From positions 1-63,038 of the forward strand of contig CAJWCP010000003.1 in assembly GCA_913031595.1 (NCBI GenBank): a stretch of DNA of 63,038 bases. Direction: 5' to 3'. Origin of the DNA: an uncultured Flavobacteriales bacterium. GTDB lineage: Bacteria > Bacteroidota > Bacteroidia > Flavobacteriales > BACL11. Shown here in pieces: positions 50,988-62,450 of this stretch (position 1 is the stretch's first letter; each line of letters opens with the position of its first letter). Position numbers and translations under genes: made by a program. The notes below the pieces were generated by a model. The model saw only the letters and a program-made list of their open reading frames with translations. It did no database searches and had not been told where the DNA came from.

Positions 50988-52182
50988 AGGTAAAAAAGTA
51001 TTATTAGCTATAACAGGAAGTATCGCTGCTTATAAATCAGCTGAACTAGTCCGTTTATTTAAGAAGTTAGGCGCTCTAGTTAGGGTTATTCAAACAAATT
51101 CTGCTAAGGATTTTATCACTCCTTTAACTTTATCCACATTATCTCAAAATCCAGTTTTTAATGATATGGTTGATTCTGAAAAAAACGAATGGAATAATCA
51201 TGTTGAATTAGGTTTGTGGGCTGATTTAATGATTATAGCTCCGTTAACTGCCAATACTTTAGCTAAGATGGTTCATGGAGAATGTGATAATCTTCTTTTG
51301 GCCACCTATCTTTCAGCGAAGTGTCCAGTTTATTTTGCTCCTGCTATGGATTTAGATATGTATAAACATCCATCAACAAAAGCAAATATTAAAAAGTTAG
51401 AGGAATATGGTAATATTTTAATTCCTTCAGGATTTGGAGAATTAGCAAGTGGGCTTGTTGGAGAAGGAAGAATGGCAGAGCCAAAAGAGATAATAGATCA
51501 TATTTCCAATCATTTAACTCAAAGTTTACCTTTAAAAGGAAAAACTATTTTAGTAACCGCTGGTCCCACATATGAAGCAATTGATCCTGTACGTTTTATT
51601 GGTAATAGATCTTCTGGTAAAATGGGAGTTTCTATAGCTATTGAATTTGTCAAAAAAGGTGCGAAGGTGGATTTAGTATTAGGTCCATCTCATATAGATT
51701 GTAGTTACGATAATTTAAATGTATATAGGGTAGAGTCTGCGAATGAAATGTTTGATACAGTTAATAATTTATTTCCAAAATCAAATATTGCAGTTTTTGC
51801 AGCAGCTGTAGCAGATTATACTCCAAAGGATATTAAGAAACATAAAATAAAAAAGAAAACAGATTCTTTCTTACTTGAACTTAGAAAAACAAAAGATATT
51901 TTATCATTAATGTCTAATAAGAAGAAAAAGAGTCAGTTTATTGTTGGCTTTGCTTTAGAGACAGAGAAAGAAATGCATAATGCAAGTATTAAATTGGAGG
52001 AAAAAAAACTAGACATGATAGTTCTTAACTCATTAAATAATAAAGGGGTAGGATTTGGACTTAATACTAATAAAATTAATATTATTGAAAAAGATAATAT
52101 TGTTACTGATTTTGAGTTAAAAGATAAGAAAGCAGTTGCTAAAGATATAATTCAATTGATATTAAAAAGATATGATCCGTAA
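50977..52182 (+). CDS. coaBC: Phosphopantothenoylcysteine decarboxylase/ligase
   Basis: [48 protein letters not shown]. Confidence 0.96.
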   Translation: MMLKGKKVLLAITGSIAAYKSAELVRLFKKLGALVRVIQTNSAKDFITPLTLSTLSQNPVFNDMVDSEKNEWNNHVELGLWADLMIIAPLTANTLAKMVHGECDNLLLATYLSAKCPVYFAPAMDLDMYKHPSTKANIKKLEEYGNILIPSGFGELASGLVGEGRMAEPKEIIDHISNHLTQSLPLKGKTILVTAGPTYEAIDPVRFIGNRSSGKMGVSIAIEFVKKGAKVDLVLGPSHIDCSYDNLNVYRVESANEMFDTVNNLFPKSNIAVFAAAVADYTPKDIKKHKIKKKTDSFLLELRKTKDILSLMSNKKKKSQFIVGFALETEKEMHNASIKLEEKKLDMIVLNSLNNKGVGFGLNTNKINIIEKDNIVTDFELKDKKAVAKDIIQLILKRYDP

Positions 52183-53086
52183 GATTATTTTATTTTTTTT
52201 CATCTCTTCATGTAGTTTTTCAGTTAATGCTCAAGAACTTATATGTAATGTTCGTGTAAATTCTTCTCAAGTTCAGACTAGTGATAGGAGAGTTTTTCAA
52301 AGCATGCAAACTTCTATTTATGAATTTATAAATAATAAGAAATGGACAAATGTTAATATTGATTCTGAAGAACGTATAGAATGCTCAATATTAATCAATA
52401 TTAACAAGAAAATTTCAAATGATGAATTTGAGGGTTCAATTCATATACAAAGTACACGTCCTGTTTATGGTACTTCTTATAAGTCAACATTATTTAATTT
52501 TATTGATAATGATTTTAGATTTAAGTATTTAGAATATCAATCTTTAGAATTTTCTGAAACAACACATATATCTAATCTTACATCAGTGCTTGCTTTTTAT
52601 ATTAATATTATTTTAGGTCTTGATTTTGCTACTTTTTCAGAACAAGGAGGGAATGAGTACTTTAATTTGGCACAAAGAATTGTAAATAATGCTCAGAATA
52701 CACGAGAATCTGGTTGGAAGGCTTTTGAAAGTGATAAAAATAGATATTGGTTAGCACATGATTTATTATATTCTAGGTATTCAGATTTTCATTTATCTAC
52801 GTATAAGTATCATCGAATGGGGTTAGATATTCTTGCAGAAGAGCCAGAAGATGCTCGCTATGAAATTACGGAGGCATTAGAAGGTTTAAAAAGTATTTAC
52901 CGAGAGAATCCTTCCGCCTTTATACTTAAGATATTTTTTGATGCTAAATCTGATGAAATTATAAAGATATATTCAGGTGCTTATCCTAATGAGAAAGCAC
53001 GAATCGTAAATATTTTGAATGAGATAGATCCTTCTAATTCATCAAAGTATCAGGCTATTTCTCAACAAGATGGAGAAAATAGATGA
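52172..53086 (+). CDS. porD: DUF4835 family protein (T9SS-associated PorD-like)
   Basis: AQEL.C.V.VN, EF.N...WT, RPVY...Y, G.D..TFS..GG, FFDAK.DEI; between coaBC and recN. Confidence 0.7.
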   Translation: MIRKIILFFFISSCSFSVNAQELICNVRVNSSQVQTSDRRVFQSMQTSIYEFINNKKWTNVNIDSEERIECSILININKKISNDEFEGSIHIQSTRPVYGTSYKSTLFNFIDNDFRFKYLEYQSLEFSETTHISNLTSVLAFYINIILGLDFATFSEQGGNEYFNLAQRIVNNAQNTRESGWKAFESDKNRYWLAHDLLYSRYSDFHLSTYKYHRMGLDILAEEPEDARYEITEALEGLKSIYRENPSAFILKIFFDAKSDEIIKIYSGAYPNEKARIVNILNEIDPSNSSKYQAISQQDGENR

Positions 53087-54723
53087 TTAAAAGTTTATAT
53101 ATAAATAATTATGCTTTATTAAAAGATAGTTTTATTAATTTTAATAAAGGTTTTTCCGTTATATCAGGTGATACAGGTGCAGGTAAATCTATTTTACTAG
53201 ACGCTCTTTGCTTATTATTAGGTAAACGATTTGAACGTAATAATGCACAAGAGCCATCTTCTAAGAGTGTAATAGAAGCAGTTTTTATACTAAACCATAC
53301 ACATAAAAAATTCTTTTTAGATAATGATTTAGATTTTGAAGAAGAGACAGTTGTTAGAAGAGAAATAAGACCTAATGGGAAAAGTAGAACATTTATTAAT
53401 GATACACCTGTTCTTTTAAGTATTTTATCTGATTTTGGGGCTCAAGTTGTTGAGATATTTGCACAAGGTCAGTTTAACTTATTAACTGAACAAAAAAGTC
53501 AGCTTAATTTTATAGATCAGTTTTCAAATTCTCAGAGTCATTTGCTTAGATATCAGCAAATATTTAGAGAGTTTAATCAATTGAAAAAAGATCTTGAAAT
53601 AATACAAGGTCAAGGTAATTTATCAGAGAGTGAATTAGATTTCTTAAAATTCCAATATCAAGAAATTACTACAGCTAATATTGCGTTAGGCGAGAAAGAA
53701 GAGTTAGAATCTAATATTAAATTATTGGAAAATGTAGAGGAGATTAGAAAGTCTATTTATGAAATAGATTTGTTGTTAAATAATGAGAATGGAGTATTGG
53801 GTTCTTTAGTAGCAATAAGAAAGAAAATATCAGCTTTTGATAACTTATCCTCATTGTCTAAAAGGGTAGAAAGTGTAGAAATAGAGCTTAATGATATTAG
53901 CGAAGAACTTGATTTAGTTAAAACTTCGTTAAATATAGACGATCCGGAAAAGTTAAAGAAAATGTATGATAGATTAGATACTATCAATAATCTTTTGCAC
54001 AAGTATCGGTTAAATTTTATAGAACAGTTGATAGAGTTAAAGAATGATATTCACTCACGATTTGAACTATCACAATCTTTTGAGATTTTATTAAAGGAAA
54101 AGAAACAAGAAATTTCCTTGAAGGAGATAGAATTAAAAGAATGTTTAATAAAGTTAAACAATAATCGTTCAAAAGTATTGTCTAAAATAAGTAATGAAGT
54201 TGTAAATGTACTTAATCGTTTAGGCATGCCTTTTGCTAGATTTAATATAGATATAAAAGAAAAAGAGGTTTTTGATATTTATGGAAATACAGATATATCA
54301 TTTATGTTTTCTGCTAATAAAGGTAGAAGTATGCAAGAAGTTGCTAAGATTGCTTCTGGCGGAGAATTATCTAGATTAATGCTCGCTCTTAAGTATATTA
54401 ATTCTCAGAACACAAAAATTAATACTTTAATATTCGATGAGATTGACTCAGGAGTTTCAGGTGAAGTTGCTAGTTTAATGGCAGATATGATGAATAATAT
54501 TAGTTTAGATACTCAGTTAATAGCTATTTCTCATTTGCCTCAAATTGCTTCAAGAGCAGACAATCATTTAAAAGTCCAAAAATATACTTTGAGAGACTCT
54601 ACAGAATCTAAGGTGATAGAATTAGATGGCAAGCAAAGAGTAAAAGAGATAGCTAAATTATTAAGTGGTAAAAATCTTACTCAGTCTGCTCTTGATAATG
54701 CAGTTGATTTGTTGAATCAATAA
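53083..54723 (+). CDS. recN: DNA repair protein RecN
   Basis: GDTGAGKS Walker A, coiled coil, ASGGELSRLML, FDEID.GVSG, SHLPQIA. Confidence 0.95.
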   Translation: MIKSLYINNYALLKDSFINFNKGFSVISGDTGAGKSILLDALCLLLGKRFERNNAQEPSSKSVIEAVFILNHTHKKFFLDNDLDFEEETVVRREIRPNGKSRTFINDTPVLLSILSDFGAQVVEIFAQGQFNLLTEQKSQLNFIDQFSNSQSHLLRYQQIFREFNQLKKDLEIIQGQGNLSESELDFLKFQYQEITTANIALGEKEELESNIKLLENVEEIRKSIYEIDLLLNNENGVLGSLVAIRKKISAFDNLSSLSKRVESVEIELNDISEELDLVKTSLNIDDPEKLKKMYDRLDTINNLLHKYRLNFIEQLIELKNDIHSRFELSQSFEILLKEKKQEISLKEIELKECLIKLNNNRSKVLSKISNEVVNVLNRLGMPFARFNIDIKEKEVFDIYGNTDISFMFSANKGRSMQEVAKIASGGELSRLMLALKYINSQNTKINTLIFDEIDSGVSGEVASLMADMMNNISLDTQLIAISHLPQIASRADNHLKVQKYTLRDSTESKVIELDGKQRVKEIAKLLSGKNLTQSALDNAVDLLNQ

Positions 54724-54751
54724 TTTTATATTTGCGCTTAAATAATAAACA

Positions 54752-55585
54752 ATGAGAAATAAAATATTAGAAGGAAAAAAAGGAATTATTTTTGGAGCTT
54801 TAGATGATAAATCTATTGCTTGGAAAGTAGCAGAACATGCTCATAGAGAAGGGGCGGAGTTTGTTCTAACCAATGCTCCAATTGCTTTAAGAATGGGGAG
54901 TATAAATAAACTTGCAGAAACAACAAATTCGAAAGTTATACCAGCTGATGCTACTTCAATGGAAGATTTAAGGGGGCTTTATAAAGAGGCAATGGAGCAT
55001 TTAGGAGGGAAGTTAGATTTTGTTTTACATTCAATAGGAATGTCTGTCAATGTAAGGAAAGGTAAAAAATATTATGAGCAAAATCATGAATGGACTATGA
55101 AGGGGTATGATGTTTCATCCTTATCATTTCATAAAACTCTTCAAGTAGCTTGGGAGCTTGATGCATTAAATGAATGGGGTTCTGTTTTGGGATTATCCTA
55201 TATTGCTGCTCAGAGAGTTTTTCATTCTTATAATGATATGGCAGATAATAAAGCTGTTTTAGAATCGATTGCAAGAAGCTTTGGATATCATTATGGTAAA
55301 AGAAAGAATGTGCGAGTAAATACAATTTCTCAATCTCCAACACAAACAACTGCAGGTAGTGGAGTATCTGGTTTTGATGGATTCTATAGATTTGCAAATG
55401 ATCTTTCCCCACTAGGTAATGCGTCAGCTGAAGATTGTGCTAATTATTGCGTGGTTCTTTTCTCTGATTATACAAAAAAGGTAACCATGCAGAATCTATT
55501 TCATGATGGTGGTTTTTCATTTATGGGTATAAGTGAAGACGTTATGAATACATATATGCAAGGGATTAAAAATAGTAATGACTAA
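54752..55585 (+). CDS. fabI: Enoyl-ACP reductase
   Basis: GIIFGAL...SIAW, LHSIGMS, Y..M...KA.LES, RVNTISQSPT.T.AG. Confidence 0.9.
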   Translation: MRNKILEGKKGIIFGALDDKSIAWKVAEHAHREGAEFVLTNAPIALRMGSINKLAETTNSKVIPADATSMEDLRGLYKEAMEHLGGKLDFVLHSIGMSVNVRKGKKYYEQNHEWTMKGYDVSSLSFHKTLQVAWELDALNEWGSVLGLSYIAAQRVFHSYNDMADNKAVLESIARSFGYHYGKRKNVRVNTISQSPTQTTAGSGVSGFDGFYRFANDLSPLGNASAEDCANYCVVLFSDYTKKVTMQNLFHDGGFSFMGISEDVMNTYMQGIKNSND

Positions 55586-56394
55586 TGATATATAGACTTC
55601 TTTATTCTATTTTTAAACGATTTCCTTGGATAAAACAACTCTTTTGGAAAATCTGGTATACACGTTTAGCTCAGAAAGTTTCTAGTTCTAAGCTTAAGTT
55701 TATGAATTATGGATATTATTCTGAATCAATGAATATTTCTCTTAAAGATGAAGATGAGTTAGAAAGATATCCTATTCAACTTTATCATCATGTTGCTACT
55801 AAGGTTGCATTAAAGGGTTTGAAAGTATTAGAAGTAGGGTCAGGAAGAGGAGGAGGAGCTAATTATATTAACGAATATCTAGAGCCTAAAGAAATGATAG
55901 GTTTAGACCTTTCTTCTTCTGCTATAGATTTATGTGATACTTTCTATAAATCTGATAGATTATCTTTTTTACAAGGAAGTTCAGAAGATATGCCTTTTGG
56001 TGACAATACATTTGATATTGTAATTAATGTTGAATCATCACATTGTTATACTTCAATGGATAATTTTATTTCTGAAGTGAGTAGAGTGTTAAAGCCTAAT
56101 GGGCATTTTTTATTTTGTGACTTAAGAAGGAGTAATTATGTTAATGAAATGTTAGATCAGCTTAACAGTCATTCTTTAGAATTACTTTCATATGAAGATA
56201 TTACATCTAATGTCATAAGAGCTAGTGATGAGATGTCTGCTCAAAGGATTGACCTTATAAATAGATTAAAGGTGGGTAAATATGTTCGTAATATTTTAAA
56301 ATCTTTTGCTGGGGTGAAGGGGGGGAAAGTATATGACTCTTTTGCTAATGGTTATTTTAAATATATAAGTGCAGTTTGTATAAATAAAGAATAG
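55585..56394 (+). CDS. Class I SAM-dependent methyltransferase resembling mycobacterial phthiotriol/phenolphthiotriol lipid O-methyltransferases
   Basis: FMNYGY...L...DE..RY.IQLYH, LEVGSGRGGG, NVESSHCY, EV.RVL.P.G.F...D.R; TAATG-coupled to fabI. Confidence 0.75.
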   Translation: MIYRLLYSIFKRFPWIKQLFWKIWYTRLAQKVSSSKLKFMNYGYYSESMNISLKDEDELERYPIQLYHHVATKVALKGLKVLEVGSGRGGGANYINEYLEPKEMIGLDLSSSAIDLCDTFYKSDRLSFLQGSSEDMPFGDNTFDIVINVESSHCYTSMDNFISEVSRVLKPNGHFLFCDLRRSNYVNEMLDQLNSHSLELLSYEDITSNVIRASDEMSAQRIDLINRLKVGKYVRNILKSFAGVKGGKVYDSFANGYFKYISAVCINKE

Positions 56395-56413
56395 AAGGTT
56401 GTATTATTAATTT

Positions 56414-57130
56414 ATGCAGAAAGTAATTTGTTTATGGTCTTCCCCTAGAAATTGCTCTACCGCATTAATGTATGCATTTGCACAAAGAAATGATGTTAAA
56501 GTATTTGACGAGGTTCTTTATGCACATTATTTATTCAGTTCTGAAGCCCAACATCCAGGTAGGAGTCAAATCTTAAAAGCACAAGAAAAAGATGGAGAAA
56601 AAGTAATAGAAAATATTATTCTTAAATTTAGAGATAAGGTATCTTTCCATAAATTAATGACGCATTTTCTTATTAATTTAGATCTTTCTTTTCTTAAAAA
56701 AGTGATTAATATTATCTTAATAAGAAGACCTGAGGAGATTATATATTCTTATAGTAAAGTAATCTCTGAATTTACTATGAATGATATCGGTATCAAGCAA
56801 CAATATGATTTGTATCATGAATTGCTAAGAATCAATAATCCTGCTATAGTGTTAGATTCTAGATATTTATTGCAAAATCCAGAAAAAGTTCTAAATAAAT
56901 TATGTGAATTATTGTCTATCCCGTTTGATAAGCAAATGTTATCATGGGAAAAAGGAGGAAGGAAAGAGGATGGTGTCTGGGCAAAGTATTGGTATAAAAA
57001 TTTACATCAGTCTATAGGTTTTTTACCTTATATTAAAAAAGACATTGTATTGAGTGAGAATAATCTTAATTTAGCAAAAGAATGTGCTCCTTATTATGAT
57101 TTTTTAACAGATAAATCAATTAAAATATGA
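56414..57130 (+). CDS. Sulfotransferase-like P-loop protein (as in N-domain of plant BCAT-like proteins)
   Basis: LWSSPRN.STALMY.FAQR.D..V.DE.LYA.YL, HPGR, K.M.H, ML.W..G...EDG.WA.YWY. Confidence 0.75.
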   Translation: MQKVICLWSSPRNCSTALMYAFAQRNDVKVFDEVLYAHYLFSSEAQHPGRSQILKAQEKDGEKVIENIILKFRDKVSFHKLMTHFLINLDLSFLKKVINIILIRRPEEIIYSYSKVISEFTMNDIGIKQQYDLYHELLRINNPAIVLDSRYLLQNPEKVLNKLCELLSIPFDKQMLSWEKGGRKEDGVWAKYWYKNLHQSIGFLPYIKKDIVLSENNLNLAKECAPYYDFLTDKSIKI

Positions 57131-57142
57131 TTCATCTTTCAA

Positions 57143-59668
57143 TTATTGAGCAGTATCTTTCTTTTTCTTTCTTGGTTTCTTAATATTTATTATTAGTTCT
57201 GTTTTATTCTTATGTAGTTTTACATCTATATTGTCTCCTTCTTTAATTTTAGAATTAATAATCTCTTCTGATAAAGGGTCTTCGAAATATTTCTGAATAG
57301 CTCTTTTTAGTGGTCTAGCTCCAAATTTAATGTCAAAACCTTTTTCTGCAATAAAATCTTTTGCTTCTTCTGTTATTTTTACTGTATATCCTAAAGCATT
57401 AATACGTTGAATTGTACTATTCATTTCAATATCAATAATTTTATTAATATGGGTCTTCTCTAAATTGTTAAAAAGAATTATGTCATCAATTCTATTCAGA
57501 AATTCAGGAGAAAATGCTCTTTTTAAAGCTTTTTCAATAATACTTTTTGAATGTTGTTGTTCATTCGCTTTTTTTGCATTTGTGTTGAACCCTATTCCTT
57601 GTCCAAAATCTTTTAATTGACGAGCTCCAATATTTGAAGTCATTATTATAACAGTGTTTTTAAAACTAATTTTCCTGCCTAAGCTATCAGTTATTTGTCC
57701 ATCATCTAATGCTTGTAATAAAAGGTTAAATACATCAGGATGAGCTTTTTCAATCTCATCTAATAACACTACAGAGTAAGGCTTTCTTCTTACTTTTTCT
57801 GTTAGTTGACCTCCTTCTTCGTATCCCACATAACCAGGAGGTGCTCCTACTAGTCTGCTAACTGCAAATTTTTCCATATACTCACTCATATCAATTCTAA
57901 TTAATGATTCTTTAGAATCAAACATCTCCTCTGATAATGCTTTTGCTAGTTGTGTTTTACCTACTCCAGTAGCTCCTAAAAATATAAATGATCCAATAGG
58001 CTTGTTAGGGTCTTTTAGACCAACTCTATTTCTTCTAATAGCTTTTACTATCTTTTCTATGGCTTCATCCTGACCAACTATTTTGTTTTCTAGATTATCT
58101 ACCATAAGAGATAATTTCTTTATTTCTTGAGAAGCAATTCTATTTACAGGTATTCCAGTCATGATAGAGACGACATCAGCAACATGTTCATCTGTAACTG
58201 TCTCTTTATTAGCTGCTATTTCTTTTTCCCATATCTCTTTTGCATTTTCTAATTCAGCATTTATTTTCTTCTCTTGATCTCTTAATTCTGCTGCAATTTC
58301 AAATTTCTGTTTTTTAATTGCTGTTTTTTTCTCTATTGTTATTTTTGATAGTTTTTCTTCTAATTCTTTTATGTTTTTGGGAACATTAATATTTGTTATA
58401 TGAATTCTAGAGCCAGCTTCATCTAACGCGTCAATTGCTTTATCTGGCAGGAAGCGGTCATTCATATATCGATCAGTTAAGATTACGCAAGATTCGATGG
58501 CTTCTTGCGTGTAAAATACATTATGATGTTCTTCATATTTAATCTTAATATTTGATAGAATTTCAATAGTTTCTTCTATAGATGTAGGTTCTACTAATAT
58601 TTTTTGAAATCTTCTTTCTAGTGCACCATCTTTTTCAATATGCTGTCGAAACTCATCAAGTGTAGTTGCTCCAATACATTGTAGTTCTCCTCTAGCTAAT
58701 GCAGGTTTAAACATATTGGAAGCATCAAGAGATCCTGAAGCTCCTCCTGCACCTACTAATGTGTGTATTTCATCAATAAATAGTATGATTTCGGGATTTT
58801 TTTCTAACTCAGTAATAATGCCCTTCATTCTTTCTTCAAATTGGCCTCTGTATTTTGTTCCTGCCACTAAAGCTGCTAAGTCCAGCATTATAATTCTTTT
58901 TTTGAATAATACACGGGATACTTTTTTTTGTATAATTCTTAATGCTAAACCTTCAGCAATTGCTGATTTTCCAACCCCTGGTTCTCCTACTAATATAGGA
59001 TTATTCTTTTTTCTTCTGCTTAGTATTTGTGATACTCTTTCAATTTCTTTGTGTCTTCCAACAATAGGATCTAGTCTTCCTTCTTTTGCGTATTGTGTAA
59101 GATCTCTTCCAAAATTATCTAATACTGGTGTTGTGGTTTTTGACCCTGATTTAGGCTTTTCAGGATTTGATGGTCCAAATACATCTTCATTGTCATCTAT
59201 TTCTCCCTCTTGATCATGTTTGAAATCTATATTAAGATCAGATTCATATTCCTCAATTATAGTTTCATAGGTAAGGTTTAATTGATTAAGGCATATGGTA
59301 ATTATGTTGTTCTGGTCAAGTAATATAGATAATAAAACATGAATAGTTTTAATTTCTTCTTCCTGTAATTTTCTGCGCTCCATAATTGCTTTTTTTAATA
59401 TTCTTTCTGTTTGTTTTTGAAAAGCAATGTTATCTTTTTCAATTTCTGTTAGTTTTTTTCTTGGAGGGATATTGTTTTCAATAATTAGCTTCAAGTCTTT
59501 TAGATTTACGCCAATTTTTTTTAATACTTTGATTGCAGATCCATTACCTTCTCTTAGTATTCCTAAGAATAAATGTTCCGGACCTATACTCTTATGACCT
59601 AGTCTAATAACTTCTTCTCTTACATAGGTAAAAACCTCTTTCATTCTACTTGAAAATCCTGTATTCAT
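57143..59668 (-). CDS. clpC: ATP-dependent Clp protease ATP-binding subunit ClpC
   Basis: Clp N repeats, GEPGVGKS and GATGVGKT Walker A, UVR coiled coil, GARPLKRAIQ. Confidence 0.95.
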   Translation of the reverse strand: MNTGFSSRMKEVFTYVREEVIRLGHKSIGPEHLFLGILREGNGSAIKVLKKIGVNLKDLKLIIENNIPPRKKLTEIEKDNIAFQKQTERILKKAIMERRKLQEEEIKTIHVLLSILLDQNNIITICLNQLNLTYETIIEEYESDLNIDFKHDQEGEIDDNEDVFGPSNPEKPKSGSKTTTPVLDNFGRDLTQYAKEGRLDPIVGRHKEIERVSQILSRRKKNNPILVGEPGVGKSAIAEGLALRIIQKKVSRVLFKKRIIMLDLAALVAGTKYRGQFEERMKGIITELEKNPEIILFIDEIHTLVGAGGASGSLDASNMFKPALARGELQCIGATTLDEFRQHIEKDGALERRFQKILVEPTSIEETIEILSNIKIKYEEHHNVFYTQEAIESCVILTDRYMNDRFLPDKAIDALDEAGSRIHITNINVPKNIKELEEKLSKITIEKKTAIKKQKFEIAAELRDQEKKINAELENAKEIWEKEIAANKETVTDEHVADVVSIMTGIPVNRIASQEIKKLSLMVDNLENKIVGQDEAIEKIVKAIRRNRVGLKDPNKPIGSFIFLGATGVGKTQLAKALSEEMFDSKESLIRIDMSEYMEKFAVSRLVGAPPGYVGYEEGGQLTEKVRRKPYSVVLLDEIEKAHPDVFNLLLQALDDGQITDSLGRKISFKNTVIIMTSNIGARQLKDFGQGIGFNTNAKKANEQQHSKSIIEKALKRAFSPEFLNRIDDIILFNNLEKTHINKIIDIEMNSTIQRINALGYTVKITEEAKDFIAEKGFDIKFGARPLKRAIQKYFEDPLSEEIINSKIKEGDNIDVKLHKNKTELIINIKKPRKKKKDTAQ

Positions 59669-59855
59669 AGTGTTAAATCATTTTATTAAAAAATCTTTTG
59701 CAAGATACCTACTAAAATCTATTCTTTTTGCATGTCTTATCATCGTTTTTTTGAACAAAAATTGTTCATAACTTAAGAGTGAATAAATATCTAATTTCTT
59801 ACTATAGAATACGTAATTTTATTTAATTTGTTTCCCTAATAAAAAAGAAAAAAAT

Positions 59856-62450
59856 ATGTCTTTAGGAGAAAAGATATTTCCTGTTAACATAGAAGAGGAA
59901 ATGAAGTCAAAATATATTGATTACTCAATGTCTGTCATTGTTTCAAGGGCATTGCCTGATGTTCGAGATGGACTAAAACCTGTACATAGACGAGTTTTAT
60001 ATGGTATGCATGAATTAGGTATTAGGTCTACTACTGCTTATAAGAAATCTGCTAGAATTGTTGGTGAGGTTCTAGGTAAATTCCATCCTCATGGAGACAC
60101 ATCAGTTTATGATGCTATGGTTCGTATGGCTCAAGATTGGAGTCTTAGATATATGATGGTAGATGGTCAAGGAAACTTTGGTTCTATAGATGGAGATAAT
60201 CCAGCAGCAATGAGGTATACTGAAGCTAGAATGAGAAAAGCCTCTGAAGATATGTTGCTTGATATTGATAAAGAGACAATAGATTGGAACCTTAATTTTG
60301 ACGACACTCTTAAAGAACCATCTGTTTTACCTGCTAGACTACCTAATTTACTTTTAAATGGGACGACAGGTATAGCTGTGGGTATGGCAACTAATATGCC
60401 TCCTCATAATCTTACAGAGGTGGTAGAAGGTATTATTGCTTATATTGAATCTAAAGGTGATATAGAAGTGGATGGATTGATGGAGTTTGTCAAAGCTCCT
60501 GATTTTCCAACAGGAGGTACAATATATGGTTATGATGGTGTTAGATCTGCATTCAATACAGGTAGAGGGCGAATTGTTATTAGAGGAAAAGTAAGATTTG
60601 AAGAGAATAATAATAAGGAGCAAATTATAGTAGAAGAAATTCCTTACATGGTTAATAAATCAAATATGATTAAGCAGACAGCTGATTTAGTTAATAGTAA
60701 GAAGTTAGATGGTATTTCTGATATTAGAGATGAATCTGACAGAAATGGAATGCGAATAGTATATGACTTAAAAAGAGATGCAATTCCTAATATTGTATTA
60801 AACAAGCTATATAAATATACTTCTTTACAATCTTCATTTTCTGTAAATAATATCGCTCTAGTTAAAGGGAGGCCTCAACTTTTGAATTTAAAACAATTAA
60901 TACAGCTTTTTGTTGCTCATAGGCATGATGTTTTAATTCGGAAGACTAATTTTGAATTAGCACAGGCTAAAAAGAGAGCTCATATTTTAGAAGGTTTAAT
61001 TGTTGCGTTAAATAATTTAGATGATGTTATTAAACTTATTAGGTCATCTAGAACACCTGAAGATGCGAGAAATGGATTAATTTCCAACTTTAGTTTATCA
61101 GAGATCCAGGCAAAAGCTATTCTTGATTTAAGATTACAGAAGCTTACAGGTTTAGAGATGGATAAAATAAAAGAAGAGCACGCTGAAATTATGGAAAAGA
61201 TTAAAAGGTTTGAAGAGATTCTTAGTAATGAGGATCTAAGATTATCTTTATTAGTTGAAGACTTGAAAGAAGTAAAAGAAAAATATGGTGATGAACGAAG
61301 ATCTTCTATTGAATATTCTTCTTCAGAAGTAAGTATTGAGGATATGATTCCTAATGACGAAGTTTTAATTACTATTTCTCATTTAGGATATATTAAACGT
61401 ACTTCATTATCAGAATATCGAGCTCAAGCTAGAGGAGGTGTTGGTTCTAAGGGAGCAACAACAAGAGAGGAAGATTTTGTTGAAGAAATGATTATGGCTA
61501 GGAATCATGATTATATGTTATTCTTTACAGAACAAGGAAGATGTTTTTGGTTAAAGGTTTATGAAATACCAGAAGGAGGAAAGACATCAAAAGGAAGAGC
61601 TATTCAGAATATGATTAACATCCCTAAAGATGATAAGGTCATGGCCTATATTAATACAAAAGATTTAAAAGATGAAGATTATATCAATTCTCATTATATT
61701 GTGATGTGTACTAAAAAAGGAGTTATTAAGAAAACTTCATTAGAACAATATTCACGTCCTAGGAATAATGGTATTAATGCAATTACTATTCGTGAAGGAG
61801 ATCAATTGTTAGAAGCAAAAATGACAACAGGTAATTCTCAGATAATGATGGCAGTTAGTTCAGGTAAATCTATAAGATTTGAAGAAGAGAAAGTTAGATC
61901 AATGGGAAGAACAGCGGCAGGAGTAAGAGGTATTAAATTAGCTAATGATGATGATGAAGTGGTAGGTATGATATGTATTGATGATATGAGTTCATCAGTA
62001 CTGGTTGTATCAGAGAATGGATATGGTAAACGTTCTGCTGTAGAGGATTATAGAATAACGAATAGGGGAGGGAAAGGAGTAAAAACTATTAATATTACTG
62101 AAAAAACAGGTGGTTTAATTGCGCTTAAAAATGTTACTGATTTAGATGATCTCATGGTCATTAATAAATCAGGAATTACTATCAGAATAGGTGTTGACAC
62201 TTTAAGGGTTATGGGAAGAGCAACACAAGGTGTCAAGATTATTAGACTAAGAGATGAAGATAAGATAGCATCTGTTGCAAAAGTTTCTAAATCAGATTTA
62301 GATAAGGAGAATCAAAAGGAAGAAGTTAATATTGAATTAGATAAGGAGAATTTTAATGCAGATAATATTGATACTATTTCTGATGATATTAATGAAGGAG
62401 AAGAAAATGACAAGTTTAATAATAAAGAAGAAGATTATGAAGAAAATTAG
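59856..62450 (+). CDS. gyrA: DNA gyrase subunit A
   Basis: [33 protein letters not shown], GyrA box QARGGVG, acidic tail. Confidence 0.97.
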   Translation: MSLGEKIFPVNIEEEMKSKYIDYSMSVIVSRALPDVRDGLKPVHRRVLYGMHELGIRSTTAYKKSARIVGEVLGKFHPHGDTSVYDAMVRMAQDWSLRYMMVDGQGNFGSIDGDNPAAMRYTEARMRKASEDMLLDIDKETIDWNLNFDDTLKEPSVLPARLPNLLLNGTTGIAVGMATNMPPHNLTEVVEGIIAYIESKGDIEVDGLMEFVKAPDFPTGGTIYGYDGVRSAFNTGRGRIVIRGKVRFEENNNKEQIIVEEIPYMVNKSNMIKQTADLVNSKKLDGISDIRDESDRNGMRIVYDLKRDAIPNIVLNKLYKYTSLQSSFSVNNIALVKGRPQLLNLKQLIQLFVAHRHDVLIRKTNFELAQAKKRAHILEGLIVALNNLDDVIKLIRSSRTPEDARNGLISNFSLSEIQAKAILDLRLQKLTGLEMDKIKEEHAEIMEKIKRFEEILSNEDLRLSLLVEDLKEVKEKYGDERRSSIEYSSSEVSIEDMIPNDEVLITISHLGYIKRTSLSEYRAQARGGVGSKGATTREEDFVEEMIMARNHDYMLFFTEQGRCFWLKVYEIPEGGKTSKGRAIQNMINIPKDDKVMAYINTKDLKDEDYINSHYIVMCTKKGVIKKTSLEQYSRPRNNGINAITIREGDQLLEAKMTTGNSQIMMAVSSGKSIRFEEEKVRSMGRTAAGVRGIKLANDDDEVVGMICIDDMSSSVLVVSENGYGKRSAVEDYRITNRGGKGVKTINITEKTGGLIALKNVTDLDDLMVINKSGITIRIGVDTLRVMGRATQGVKIIRLRDEDKIASVAKVSKSDLDKENQKEEVNIELDKENFNADNIDTISDDINEGEENDKFNNKEEDYEEN

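Noticed and set aside
60086-60115. Quinolone-resistance substitution in the GyrA QRDR (HGDTSVYD)
   Set aside because: Thr at this position is a common natural state in flavobacterial GyrA; no evidence of acquired resistance
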